This document shows positions 44,517-53,319 of a DNA stretch of 64,000 bases, piece by piece (within the stretch, counting starts at the first letter, position 1; every line of letters begins with the position of its first letter). Made by a program: the position numbers and the translations under genes. The DNA is taken from positions 120-64,119 of the forward strand of contig JALHIN010000008.1 in assembly GCA_022839995.1 (NCBI GenBank), read 5' to 3'. The stretch is from Synergistota bacterium. GTDB lineage: Bacteria; Synergistota; Synergistia; Synergistales; 79-D21. The notes under the pieces are model-generated. The model made no database searches. It worked only from the letters and a program-made list of their open reading frames with translations, and was not told where the DNA came from.

Positions 44517-45229
44517 GGACGATCCACCTCCTGGGCGTCTTTTAAATTCAGATTTCCCTCATACAGGGCCTTTCCCACGACCACGTCGGAAATCCCAAGG
44601 CCGGCGAGAGCCCTGATGTCCTGCAGGTTGCGGATGCCGCCTGCTGCAGTGAATTCCATTTCGGGGAAGGCCTTTCGCAAGGTTTCGTACAGGTCAAGAT
44701 CGGGCCCCTCACCTGTTCCATCCCGGTCGACCGCAGTGACGAGGCAATGCCGAAACCCGGCAACAAGGAGCCGCTGCAGGGTTTCCTCGGGGCCGAGAGC
44801 AGCCTTTTCGGTCCATCCGCTGACTGCGACTTGTCGCATTTTGATATCGACCGTTGGGATGATGCGCTCCCCGAACTTCGCGAATAGCTCGAAGGGCATC
44901 TGTTCCGTGGCCAGGAGCAAGCTGCCCACCATTGCAAAAGCGGCTCCCATCGAGAGGACCTTCTCTATGGAAGCAACCGTCCGCAAGCCTCCTCCGTAGC
45001 GAATCGTCAGGTTCAGGGCAGAAAGGGAAGGCAAAACTTCGGCATGACAGGGGATTCCCTTACGGGCCCCTTCAAGGTCGACGACATGAAGCCGAGGACA
45101 TCCCTCCGATTGGAAGGCCATCGCCACTGAAAGGGGATCATCGGCATATTCGGTCCTCGCGGAATAGTCTCCCCGGGTGAGGCGAACCACCTTTCCCTGG
45201 AAAAGGTCGATCGCGGGCCAGATCTTCAT
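44510..45229 (-). CDS. hisA: 1-(5-phosphoribosyl)-5-[(5-phosphoribosylamino)methylideneamino]imidazole-4-carboxamide isomerase
   Basis: ATG 45229 gives MKIWPAIDLFQGKVVRLTRGDY canonical HisA; ATGA overlap with hisH stop; the track ORF extends to 45355. Confidence 0.93.
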   Translation of the reverse strand: MKIWPAIDLFQGKVVRLTRGDYSARTEYADDPLSVAMAFQSEGCPRLHVVDLEGARKGIPCHAEVLPSLSALNLTIRYGGGLRTVASIEKVLSMGAAFAMVGSLLLATEQMPFELFAKFGERIIPTVDIKMRQVAVSGWTEKAALGPEETLQRLLVAGFRHCLVTAVDRDGTGEGPDLDLYETLRKAFPEMEFTAAGGIRNLQDIRALAGLGISDVVVGKALYEGNLNLKDAQEVDRPC

Positions 45230-45846
45230 GAGGATTCCCCCGAAAGGAGACGGATAAACGCCCCGAGAAGGCGCAATCCTTCCCCGGCGCTGCGTTCGGG
45301 GTGGAACTGGAAGCCCGCAACGCGGTTCAGCAGGGAAACCGAGCTGAAACGGCAACCGTCGATCACGGTTTCCGAAAGGCTCGCGTCATTGACGGGAGCT
45401 GCATAGCCATGGACAAAATAGGCATCGAGTCCCCCGGGAAAAAGGTCGGTGATTCCGGGCAGTTCCCTGAGCCAGGAAACCCGGTTCCATCCCATATGCG
45501 GTGACTTCCTGAGCCCCTCGAGAGGGGCGACCGTGCCGGGAAAGAACCCCAGGCCTTCGGTGAGTCCGTCTTCCAGGCTTGCTTCGTAAAGGAGCTGCAT
45601 TCCCAGGCAGATCCCGAGCAGGGGATTTTTAGCCTGTCCCCAATCCCGGAGGACCTGGATCCAGCCTCTCCGGGAAAGCTCGGCCATTGCAGGAGGAAAC
45701 GCTCCGACTCCAGGAAGGACGAGAAAATCCACCTCGCTGTCCAGGCCAGAGGGGGTTCCCAGCAGGCGGGCTTCATACTGGAGTTTTTCCAGGGCACGGA
45801 GCACGTTTCCCAGGTTTCCCGCGCCGTAATCGATGATCCCGATCAT
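45226..45846 (-). CDS. hisH: imidazole glycerol phosphate synthase glutamine amidotransferase subunit
   Basis: MIGIIDYGAGNLGNV...LPGVGAF...GICLGMQLL...HMGWN canonical HisH. Confidence 0.96.
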   Translation of the reverse strand: MIGIIDYGAGNLGNVLRALEKLQYEARLLGTPSGLDSEVDFLVLPGVGAFPPAMAELSRRGWIQVLRDWGQAKNPLLGICLGMQLLYEASLEDGLTEGLGFFPGTVAPLEGLRKSPHMGWNRVSWLRELPGITDLFPGGLDAYFVHGYAAPVNDASLSETVIDGCRFSSVSLLNRVAGFQFHPERSAGEGLRLLGAFIRLLSGESS

Positions 45847-46418
45847 ACCCAGATCCCTTTCGTGGTGGCTTCACGGCAGGAAGGGACGAGCGCCGACCGG
45901 AGGGCCCGGGCGACTCCCTTGAAGATGGCTTCCGCGAGGTGATGGGAATTGTCGACCGCCAGTGCATGGATATGGAGGGTCAGTCTCCCTTCCCGCGTGA
46001 AGGCGCTCCAGAATTCCCTGACTAGTTCCGTGTCGAAGTCTCCGCAGCGTGGGGTCGGAAAAACGGCATTCCACGTAAGCCCCCCGCGACCGCTGATGTC
46101 CACGGCCACCAAAACGAGAGTCCCATCCATGGGGATGGCGATCGAAGCGTAGCGCTCGCGAGGCCCCATCCGGAAAAGGTCCAGGAAAGCCGATCCCAGA
46201 ACGATCCCAACATCTTCCGTCAAGTGATGGGCGTCCACTTCCGTATCGCCCGCTGCTTTCAGCTTCCCCGGGATGTCTGCGTGGTGGAGAAAGAGGCCGA
46301 TCATGTGGTTCAGAAAACCGAGGGGCGTATCCACGTAGACGGCTTCCCCCGGGGGAAGGAACTCGAACTCTACAGCCGTTTCGTTTGAACGTCTCTCATA
46401 CCGTTTTTCCATCCTCAT
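45843..46418 (-). CDS. hisB: imidazoleglycerol-phosphate dehydratase (monofunctional)
   Basis: RRSNETAVEFEF...GFLNHMIGLFLHH...DAHHLTEDVGIVLG...DNSHHLAEAIFKG. ATG 46418 (after GAGGAAA) or 46412; the track ORF starts at 46466. Confidence 0.92.
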   Translation of the reverse strand: MRMEKRYERRSNETAVEFEFLPPGEAVYVDTPLGFLNHMIGLFLHHADIPGKLKAAGDTEVDAHHLTEDVGIVLGSAFLDLFRMGPRERYASIAIPMDGTLVLVAVDISGRGGLTWNAVFPTPRCGDFDTELVREFWSAFTREGRLTLHIHALAVDNSHHLAEAIFKGVARALRSALVPSCREATTKGIWV

Positions 46419-47058
46419 CGCCCGCTTTCCTCGAAGAAGTGGAGAATTTGCCGATGATTTCCTCAATGCCTTCCCAGGCCAGTTGGAGACTCTTGCAGCT
46501 TGCCACGAACTTCAGGCTGACCGGGGCGATTTCCGCGATCACGGAGAGCGCGTTGGCCTTGAGCGTAGAACCGGTCTGGACGATATCGACGATGCAGTCG
46601 CTCAGGCCAAGGCGTGGGGCCATTTCGATCGAACCATTGAGGTGCACGAATTCGACCTGGATCCCTCGATCGGCGAAATAGGCTTCAGCGATTCGAGGGT
46701 ACTTGGTTGCAACTCGGAGCCCCATCGCCTGGCTCTCGTGTCCGAGGAAACGGTTTGCAACTTTCTTGGGGCCGGCAAGAACGATCCGGCAAATTCCCCG
46801 TCCCGTGTCGGCGAGTTCCACGAGGGAAGCACCGGTTTCCCAGATCACGTCGGAACCCGCGAGCGCGAGATCGGCGATCCCGTAATGGACGTACACGGGG
46901 ACATCCATGGGCTTCGCGAGCAGGAAACGGAAGCCTTCATCCTGGATCACCAGCGATCGGCCTCTTTCCTTCAGCTTGAGCGTTGGGATCTCGAGACTTT
47001 CGAGAACCTCGACCGCCTCATCCAGGACCCGGCCGGTGGGAAGACAAAGAGTCAGCAT
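46396..47058 (-). CDS. hisG: ATP phosphoribosyltransferase, short form (HisZ-dependent)
   Basis: ATG 47058 gives MLTLCLPTGRVLDEAVEVL. About 220 aa with no C-terminal regulatory domain, and preceded by hisZ. Confidence 0.92.
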   Translation of the reverse strand: MLTLCLPTGRVLDEAVEVLESLEIPTLKLKERGRSLVIQDEGFRFLLAKPMDVPVYVHYGIADLALAGSDVIWETGASLVELADTGRGICRIVLAGPKKVANRFLGHESQAMGLRVATKYPRIAEAYFADRGIQVEFVHLNGSIEMAPRLGLSDCIVDIVQTGSTLKANALSVIAEIAPVSLKFVASCKSLQLAWEGIEEIIGKFSTSSRKAGDEDGKTV

Positions 47059-48233
47059 CCGATTTCCTCCTCTTTCACTGGATCCAGCGGATACGCGGTG
47101 CACCCGGGAAGATCGATCCACCAGCCGTATCCTCTCTCACGGGCCAGCCGGACAGCTCCCTCCCTGTTCTCCTGCCAGCTCAACTCGATCCGGTATCCGG
47201 AGGCAATGAAATCATCCGCCCGTTCAAGGGCAACTCTCGGTGAAAGACACCCGCACCATGCGACGGCCGGTGTTGGTCCTTCGGAACGGGAAAGCGAAGC
47301 GACCGCTCTTAGATCCAGCCCGAATCCAAGGGCTTGACCGACAATTCCGTATTGTTCGAGCAGGCCGTCGTACCTTCCTCCGCCTCCAAGGCTGAAACCT
47401 GCACTTCCGGAAAAGATCTCGAAAACAGGGCCGCTGTAGTACCCGAGTTCTCTTGCCAGGGCGAGGTCGAGCCTCAGGTTTTCCCCCAGGCCCAACTCTT
47501 CCAGCGCTTCCACGATCAGGCGGAGGTCCTTCAATGGCTGCATTTCCCCGAAGAGCCGGGTGGCTTCACCCAGGGTCCTGCCTGCCTTTCCCCGCAGGCG
47601 CGGAAGGTAGCAAAGCGGTTCCTTCAGCTCTTTTGGGAGGTGGACCTCCCTGAGTGCTTCAAAGTACGCTTCGTAACGGCGTTCGAGAAGTGCCAGCAGC
47701 AGCGAAGAGGAGAGGGGACGTTCGAGCCTGCCCAGGCATTCCTGGAGGAAGCCCGCGTGCCCGAGAACGACGACGGGGGAGTGGATGCCGATTCTCCGCA
47801 GGGACCTCAGGAGAAGAGCGATGACCTCTACGTCCGCTCCCTCTCCTTCCCACCCGAGAAGTTCCGCTCCGAACTGCAAATTTTCAAAGTCGGTTTCGGG
47901 AGGAACCGGAGCCCTGTAGAGGGGCCCCGCGTAACAGACCCGCAGGGGCCGTTCCTGGGGAGAAAAGTGCGAAGAAAGGTAGGCAACGGCAGCCAGGGTC
48001 AGGTCCGCCCGCAGGAAGCAGCCTTCACCGGAAGGTGTGTAGACCGGGATCAGGCGTTTCCTGAAACTCGGCGGGAGCTTTTCCCACGCGGATTCGAGCA
48101 GCTGTAGACCCGGGGGGAAAAAGGGCTGGTAACCGTAAGCGGAGAAAGTTTCGAAAAAAATCTTCCTGCATCGCTCGACCCTTTCCCCCTCCCTGCCGCC
48201 GAGAGTTCGGGTCCCTTTGGGTTGACGGCTCAA
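47052..48233 (-). CDS. hisZ: ATP phosphoribosyltransferase regulatory subunit (HisRS paralogue)
   Basis: 393 aa class-II aaRS-like fold (GTRTL...FETFSAYGYQPFFPPGLQ, LRVCYAGPLYR, GGGRYDGL); TTG start in TTGA overlap with hisD stop. Confidence 0.88.
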   Translation of the reverse strand: MSRQPKGTRTLGGREGERVERCRKIFFETFSAYGYQPFFPPGLQLLESAWEKLPPSFRKRLIPVYTPSGEGCFLRADLTLAAVAYLSSHFSPQERPLRVCYAGPLYRAPVPPETDFENLQFGAELLGWEGEGADVEVIALLLRSLRRIGIHSPVVVLGHAGFLQECLGRLERPLSSSLLLALLERRYEAYFEALREVHLPKELKEPLCYLPRLRGKAGRTLGEATRLFGEMQPLKDLRLIVEALEELGLGENLRLDLALARELGYYSGPVFEIFSGSAGFSLGGGGRYDGLLEQYGIVGQALGFGLDLRAVASLSRSEGPTPAVAWCGCLSPRVALERADDFIASGYRIELSWQENREGAVRLARERGYGWWIDLPGCTAYPLDPVKEEEIGC

Positions 48234-49492
48234 TTACCGTCTCCTCCCCTCAGCCTCATCGCGAGCGCATGGGCATACAACCCCTCCGCCTGGGCGAGGC
48301 ACTCCCCGGGTTTAGAAAGAAGGGCAGCGGCTTCTTTGCTCATCTCGAGGTGGGTCAGCGGCCTCAGGAAGGTTCCGACCCACAAGCCCCCAGAAAAGCG
48401 TGAACGCCCCTCGGTCGGAAGGACGTGGTTCGTCCCTGCGATGTAATCTCCAAACGCTTCGGCGGAGTGGTGCCCCAGGAAGGCGGCTCCGTACGCCGTG
48501 CATCGTTCGAGGACCTCGCGGGGGTTTTGAACGGCGAGCTCGAGGTGTTCCGGGGCAACCCGGTTTGCGGCTCCTACGGCTTCCTCCAGCGTACAGACTG
48601 CAACGGTTCCGGACGCTTCCCACGCCTGACGTGCCGTTTTCCCCGTGGGCAATGACTTCAGCAGGCTTTCGACCTCGGTCATCGTCCTGACGGCCAGGCT
48701 TTCTTCCAGGCAGTACAGCGACACGCGCGCCAGCGGGTCGTGTTCCGCCTGGGCCAGCAGATCGGCCGCAAGAACCGTCGGTTTCGCCGTGTGGTCCGCG
48801 ATGACTAGGACCTCGCTGGGACCTGCCAGGCTGTCGATGCCCACCTTCCCGAACATCTGTCTTTTTGCCTCCGTTACGTAGGCATTTCCCGGTCCGGCCA
48901 GAAGGTCAACGGGAGGAATACCAGGGAGTCCGCGGGCCAAGGCTCCGACTCCTTGGGCTCCACCGACGGCAAGGACTTCCTTCAGGCCTAGGAGGCACAG
49001 GGTTGCCAGGATTGGCTTGGAGATCCCGGAAGAGCCTCGCGGAGGAGAGAAAGCGACGATCCGGGAAACGCCGGCTTCCTGGGCCGGCACGATCCCCATC
49101 ACGGCGGTGCTGATCAGTGGATAACGCCCCCCGGGGACGTAAATCCCGGCGCTCCGGACCGGAAGGAACCGCATTCCGGCCCGGATTCCGGGCGCAATTT
49201 CCCATTCCTGGTCTCGAAACATGGAGCGTTGCGCCCTGTGAAAAGTGCGAACGTTATCGATGGCGGTTTCAACCGCCTGCCTCAGGGACGGGTCCATCTG
49301 AGCAAGAGCCTCGTTTAGTGCTTTTTCACGAATCAGGATCGGGCCTTCGTAGCCGTCGAGGTGGCGGTTCAGTTCGGATAGGGCTTTTTCCCCTTCCTGG
49401 AAAACACGATCGAGGATCGAATGGACCCGTTCCTGGATGGAACGGGCGATGGATTCGCGTTCGGAGGTCGCAGGGGGCTTGACGATGATCAT
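48230..49492 (-). CDS. hisD: histidinol dehydrogenase
   Basis: GIYVPGGRYPLISTAVM, LAGPSEVLVIAD, QAEHD, GDYIAGTNHVLPT canonical HisD motifs. Confidence 0.96.
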   Translation of the reverse strand: MIIVKPPATSERESIARSIQERVHSILDRVFQEGEKALSELNRHLDGYEGPILIREKALNEALAQMDPSLRQAVETAIDNVRTFHRAQRSMFRDQEWEIAPGIRAGMRFLPVRSAGIYVPGGRYPLISTAVMGIVPAQEAGVSRIVAFSPPRGSSGISKPILATLCLLGLKEVLAVGGAQGVGALARGLPGIPPVDLLAGPGNAYVTEAKRQMFGKVGIDSLAGPSEVLVIADHTAKPTVLAADLLAQAEHDPLARVSLYCLEESLAVRTMTEVESLLKSLPTGKTARQAWEASGTVAVCTLEEAVGAANRVAPEHLELAVQNPREVLERCTAYGAAFLGHHSAEAFGDYIAGTNHVLPTEGRSRFSGGLWVGTFLRPLTHLEMSKEAAALLSKPGECLAQAEGLYAHALAMRLRGGDGN

Positions 49493-49696
49493 GCCAGTCT
49501 CCTTTACTTATTTAGTATAATAGCAGAGTAAGAATTAGCGCGGATTGCATCATATCACGCTACCTGAACTCCTGTAAAGGGTCTCCGAAAAAGGAGGTCC
49601 CTGCGAGCGGTTGGAAGGGATCAAGGTCGACAAACCAGGCGCGAGTTGTTAAAATCTATCGTGTTAAATTGTAGAAGTTTGGAGGAGAAGCCAAAC

Positions 49697-51046
49697 ATGG
49701 CGAAAAAACCGGGCGAAAAACGGTTTCGTTGCGCAGAATGCGGTTTTTTTGCCCTGACCTGGTCGGGGAAATGCCCAGCCTGCGGTAGTTGGGGAACCTT
49801 TGAAGAGGAAAGGCGCGATGGGGCTTCCTTGAGTCTTTCCCCCAAAACGGCGCCGATCGTGGCGGGTCTTTCCGATCTGGAACCTCCCAGGAGGATTCCC
49901 TCGGGCATCGACGAGCTGGATCGGGTGATCGGAGGGGGCTGGGTCGCAGGCAGCGTGGCCCTGCTGGCCGGGGAGCCGGGAGTAGGGAAGTCCACGCTCC
50001 TGTTGCAGACTTGCGCTGCGATTTCCCGGGCGGGTTCCCGGGTTCTCTATGTTTCCGGCGAGGAGGCGGCCTCCCAGGTTGCCCTGAGGGGGAAGCGACT
50101 CGGTGCAGCGGATTCGGGGGTTTCCCTCCTTTGCCAGGAAAGCGTGCAGGAAATCCTGCCGATGCTTCACGACTTCGATTTTGCCGTGTTTGACAGCGTG
50201 CAGGCCCTTCGGCATACGGAGACTCCGGGGTGGCCAGGAACTCCGGGGCAGGTCAGGGCCGTGGCACAGGTCATCTCGGAAGAAGCGAAAAAAAGCGGCT
50301 GCGCTTCGGTCCTTGTGGGACACATCACCAAAGACGGACAAATTGCCGGTCCCAAGCTCCTTGAACACATGGTGGACGTTGTCCTCCATTTCTCCGGCGA
50401 CAGGACGTCTCCTTACCGGCATGTCAGGGGAGTGAAGAACCGTTACGGGAGCACGGATGAATTGGGAGTTTTCGAGATGGCGGAAGAGGGGCTTGTGGGA
50501 ATTCCGGATCCGAGCCGGCTTTATTGGAACGAAAACGCGGGGGCCATCCCGGGGACAGCCATGACCGTCGTCCTGGAAGGGTCTCGTCCACTGGTAGCCG
50601 AGATCCAGTCTCTTTCGTGCACGACTCCGTTTCCCTATCCGAAAAGGACGGCACGCGGAGTGGCCGTCAGCCGGATGGGGCTCCTTCTGGCCGTGCTGGA
50701 GCGGAGAGGCGGGTTGCCCTCGAGGTCGATGGATGTCTTCATGAACGTCGTGGGAGGGCTTCATATCGAGGATCCGGCGGCAGACCTAGCTGTCTGCATG
50801 TCCCTGGCCTCTTCCCTGTCTGATCTCCCTTTGCCCCGTGACATGGTTTTCATTGGCGAGGTGGGATTGGGGGGGGAAGTTCGGCCCGTTCCGCGACTCG
50901 TCACCCGAATCAGGGAATCTGCGCGGCTTGGCTTTTCGACCGTAGTCACGAGTCGTTACCAGGACCAGCAGGGTCCGGAGGGTGTCCGCATCGTAAAAGT
51001 GGGGTCATTAGGCGAGGCGATGAAGGAGTTGACCCGGGGATGCTAA
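49697..51046 (+). CDS. radA: DNA repair protein RadA/Sms
   Basis: ATG 49697: FRCAECGFFALTWSGKCPACGSWGTF Zn finger, GEPGVGKSTLLLQ Walker A, KNRYGSTDE, Lon-like C-terminus. Confidence 0.95.
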   Translation: MAKKPGEKRFRCAECGFFALTWSGKCPACGSWGTFEEERRDGASLSLSPKTAPIVAGLSDLEPPRRIPSGIDELDRVIGGGWVAGSVALLAGEPGVGKSTLLLQTCAAISRAGSRVLYVSGEEAASQVALRGKRLGAADSGVSLLCQESVQEILPMLHDFDFAVFDSVQALRHTETPGWPGTPGQVRAVAQVISEEAKKSGCASVLVGHITKDGQIAGPKLLEHMVDVVLHFSGDRTSPYRHVRGVKNRYGSTDELGVFEMAEEGLVGIPDPSRLYWNENAGAIPGTAMTVVLEGSRPLVAEIQSLSCTTPFPYPKRTARGVAVSRMGLLLAVLERRGGLPSRSMDVFMNVVGGLHIEDPAADLAVCMSLASSLSDLPLPRDMVFIGEVGLGGEVRPVPRLVTRIRESARLGFSTVVTSRYQDQQGPEGVRIVKVGSLGEAMKELTRGC

Positions 51047-52395
51047 GGTTGCGCAAATCGATCCTGACCGTTCTTCTAGCGGTTTTCACCCTCCTTGGAT
51101 GCGTGGCGGGCCCATCCCTATCCGCCGAAAAAACCGCGCTTGTCGTTTCCGTGCCGATGGAGGGAGTCGTGGGGGTTTCCCTGGAAAATTACCTGGACGA
51201 GGCGTTTGCATATGCCGCGGAAGAAAAGGCGGCGCTTGTCGTGATCGGCCTTGATACGCCGGGTGGTCTTGTGACTTCGATGAGGGGGATGTCGCAGAAA
51301 ATCCTTTCCGCTTCGATCCCAGTAGCGGTATGGGTTGGCCCCCCAGGTGCCCGGGCGGCGTCTGCAGGAGCGTTCCTGGTGATGGCTGCCCACGTTGCGG
51401 CAATGGCGCCGGGGACAAACATCGGCGCGGCCCACCCCGTTACCGCTTCCGGGCAGGATGTTCCGGACAAGGAACTGAGCCGGAAGATCACCAACGACCT
51501 TGCAGCCCAGATGCGTTCCCTGGCGGAAGAACGGGGAAGGAACGCCGAGGTGGCGGCTTCGATGGTTCTCAACAGCGTTTCCCTGACGGCCAGGGAAGCC
51601 ATGGAAATAAGGGTCATCGACACCGTCACGCCGGATCTTCCCTCCCTGCTTAAGTGGGCGGACGGCCGAAAAGTCCGGGTCGGAACGGTTGACGTTGTCC
51701 TGGATCTCAAGCGGTACGAAATCCGAACGTTCGAGATGAGCCCGAGACTCCGTGCGCTCCATTTCATTTCCAGGCCTGACGTGGCCTACCTGATGCTGAC
51801 GCTGGGGATACTGGCGATCGTTTTCGAAGTTTTGACACCGGGGGGGTTCGTCATGGGGACGGCAGGGGCCGTGATGGCCCTCATCGGTGCGTACGGCTTG
51901 AGGATGCTACCGTTCAACTGGGCCGGCATCATCCTTCTTGTTGCCGGGATCATCGTTCTCGTTCTCGATCTCGTCGTGGGGGGGATCGGTGTCCTGAGCC
52001 TTTTCGGGCTGGCTTCCCTCGTTGTGGGGTCGCTGGTACTTTTCAGGGCACCCGGAGGTGAGCTCTTGAACGTTTCCGTCGGGTTCATGGCCGGAATTAC
52101 CCTGACCTTGGGCGCTTTCTTTATCCTGGCCGCAGGTGCCGTGTGGAGGTCCACAAGGAATCGTGTGACTTCCGGGCAGGAGGGGATGGTCCAGGGAGAG
52201 GGGGTCGTGGTCGAAGACCTGGCCCCCGGGGGATTTGTGAGCTGTCACGGAGAAGTATGGAAGGCTGTTTCCGAAGGAGGAGAAAGGATTTCGAAGGGAA
52301 CCAGGGTTCGTGTCGTCCGAACCGATGGTCTGTTGCTGCACGTGAGAAAAGTTGAAGGGGAAAACCTGGAAGAGAAGGGAGCTGGTCACAAATGA
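51040..52395 (+). CDS. nfeD: NfeD-family membrane-bound ClpP-class serine protease
   Basis: Signal/TM; DTPGGLVTSM...ARAASAGAFLVMAAHVAAMAPGTNIGAAHPV; four TM segments; C-terminal OB-like HGEVWKAVSE...VRVVRTDGLLLHV. Confidence 0.88.
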   Translation: MLRLRKSILTVLLAVFTLLGCVAGPSLSAEKTALVVSVPMEGVVGVSLENYLDEAFAYAAEEKAALVVIGLDTPGGLVTSMRGMSQKILSASIPVAVWVGPPGARAASAGAFLVMAAHVAAMAPGTNIGAAHPVTASGQDVPDKELSRKITNDLAAQMRSLAEERGRNAEVAASMVLNSVSLTAREAMEIRVIDTVTPDLPSLLKWADGRKVRVGTVDVVLDLKRYEIRTFEMSPRLRALHFISRPDVAYLMLTLGILAIVFEVLTPGGFVMGTAGAVMALIGAYGLRMLPFNWAGIILLVAGIIVLVLDLVVGGIGVLSLFGLASLVVGSLVLFRAPGGELLNVSVGFMAGITLTLGAFFILAAGAVWRSTRNRVTSGQEGMVQGEGVVVEDLAPGGFVSCHGEVWKAVSEGGERISKGTRVRVVRTDGLLLHVRKVEGENLEEKGAGHK

Positions 52396-53189
52396 TCGGA
52401 AGCCTGATCGATTTTATTTTCAGCGCCGGGAGCACTCTCGGAGTACTTTTGATCGCGGTCATCCTCCTGACTTCGGCGGTCAAGATTATCCCGGAATATC
52501 AGCGGGGCGTCGTGTTTCGACTCGGACGGCTGGTAGGAGCGAAAGGTCCTGGTCTCGTGCTGATCGTGCCCTTTGTTGACCGGATGGTAAGAACCGATCT
52601 GAGGGTGGTCACCCTCGACGTCCCGGTCCAGGAAGTGATCACGAAGGACAATGTCCCGATCAAGGTCAATGCAGTCGTCTACTTCAGGGTCATGGATCCA
52701 AACCGGTCGGTAGTCGAAGTGGAAAACTACATCATGGCGACCAGCCAGCTTTCCCAGACGACCCTTCGATCGGTGATCGGCCGCGCGGAGCTGGACGAGG
52801 TTCTAAGCGAAAGGGACAAGATCAACCTTGAGCTTCAAAAGATCATCGATGAAAAGACCGATCCCTGGGGGATCAAGGTCAGCGCGGTCGAAGTCAAGGA
52901 ACTGGAGCTGCCCGAAGGGATGAAGCGGGCCATGGCTCGCCAGGCGGAGGCTGAAAGGGAGCGTAGGGCAAAGATCATCAGTGCCGAGGGAGAGGCACAG
53001 GCAGCGGAAAGGCTCAGCGAAGCGGCCCGGATCATGTCCATCAGTCCGGTGACCTTGCAGCTTCGGTACCTGCAGACCATGAGGGAGATCGCCAGCGAGA
53101 AAAATGCAATGACGCTCTTCCCCTTCCCCTTCGAAATTGTGAAAGCGTTCATGGAACGCGACCACCCCGAAAAGCGGCAACTCGATTAG
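52392..53189 (+). CDS. SPFH/band-7 (stomatin/slipin-like) protein
   Basis: IIPEYQRGVVFRLGR...VDRMVRTDLRVVTLDVPVQEVITKDNVPIKVNAVVYFRV typical prokaryotic stomatin; overlaps nfeD stop. Confidence 0.92.
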   Translation: MIGSLIDFIFSAGSTLGVLLIAVILLTSAVKIIPEYQRGVVFRLGRLVGAKGPGLVLIVPFVDRMVRTDLRVVTLDVPVQEVITKDNVPIKVNAVVYFRVMDPNRSVVEVENYIMATSQLSQTTLRSVIGRAELDEVLSERDKINLELQKIIDEKTDPWGIKVSAVEVKELELPEGMKRAMARQAEAERERRAKIISAEGEAQAAERLSEAARIMSISPVTLQLRYLQTMREIASEKNAMTLFPFPFEIVKAFMERDHPEKRQLD

Positions 53190-53201
53190 AGGGCATTTCT
53201 G

Positions 53202-53245
53202 CAGAGGCGCAGGTCCTTTGGGGCCTGCGCCTCTGTTCGTTTTTT
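53202..53245 (+). terminator. intrinsic terminator after SPFH gene
   Basis: CAGAGGCGCAGG / CCTGCGCCTCTG 12-bp stem, then TTCGTTTTTT. Confidence 0.85.
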
Positions 53246-53272
53246 GCCTAGGCCGGTCAAGGTGGGTATAAT
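53244..53272 (+). promoter_or_regulatory. sigma-70/SigA-type promoter of leuS (TTGCCT-17-TATAAT)
   Basis: TTGCCT 53244-53249, 17-nt spacer, TATAAT 53267-53272; 48 nt upstream of the leuS ATG. Confidence 0.7.
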
Positions 53273-53319
53273 AAACCAACATCCGGCTTGGATCGTTTTA
53301 CGGGAGGGGAGAGGCCTCG

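Noticed and set aside
49493-49696. Small RNA or leader peptide in the hisD-radA divergent intergenic region
   Set aside because: I found only promoter-like AT-rich sequence, no stable hairpin and no His-codon run. The weak inverted repeat (TTTACTT...AGTAAGA) is too imperfect to call.
53190-53319. T-box leader upstream of leuS
   Set aside because: The intergenic region is only 130 nt, and most of it is taken by the upstream terminator and a TTGCCT-17-TATAAT promoter. That leaves about 40 nt of leader, far too short for a T-box.
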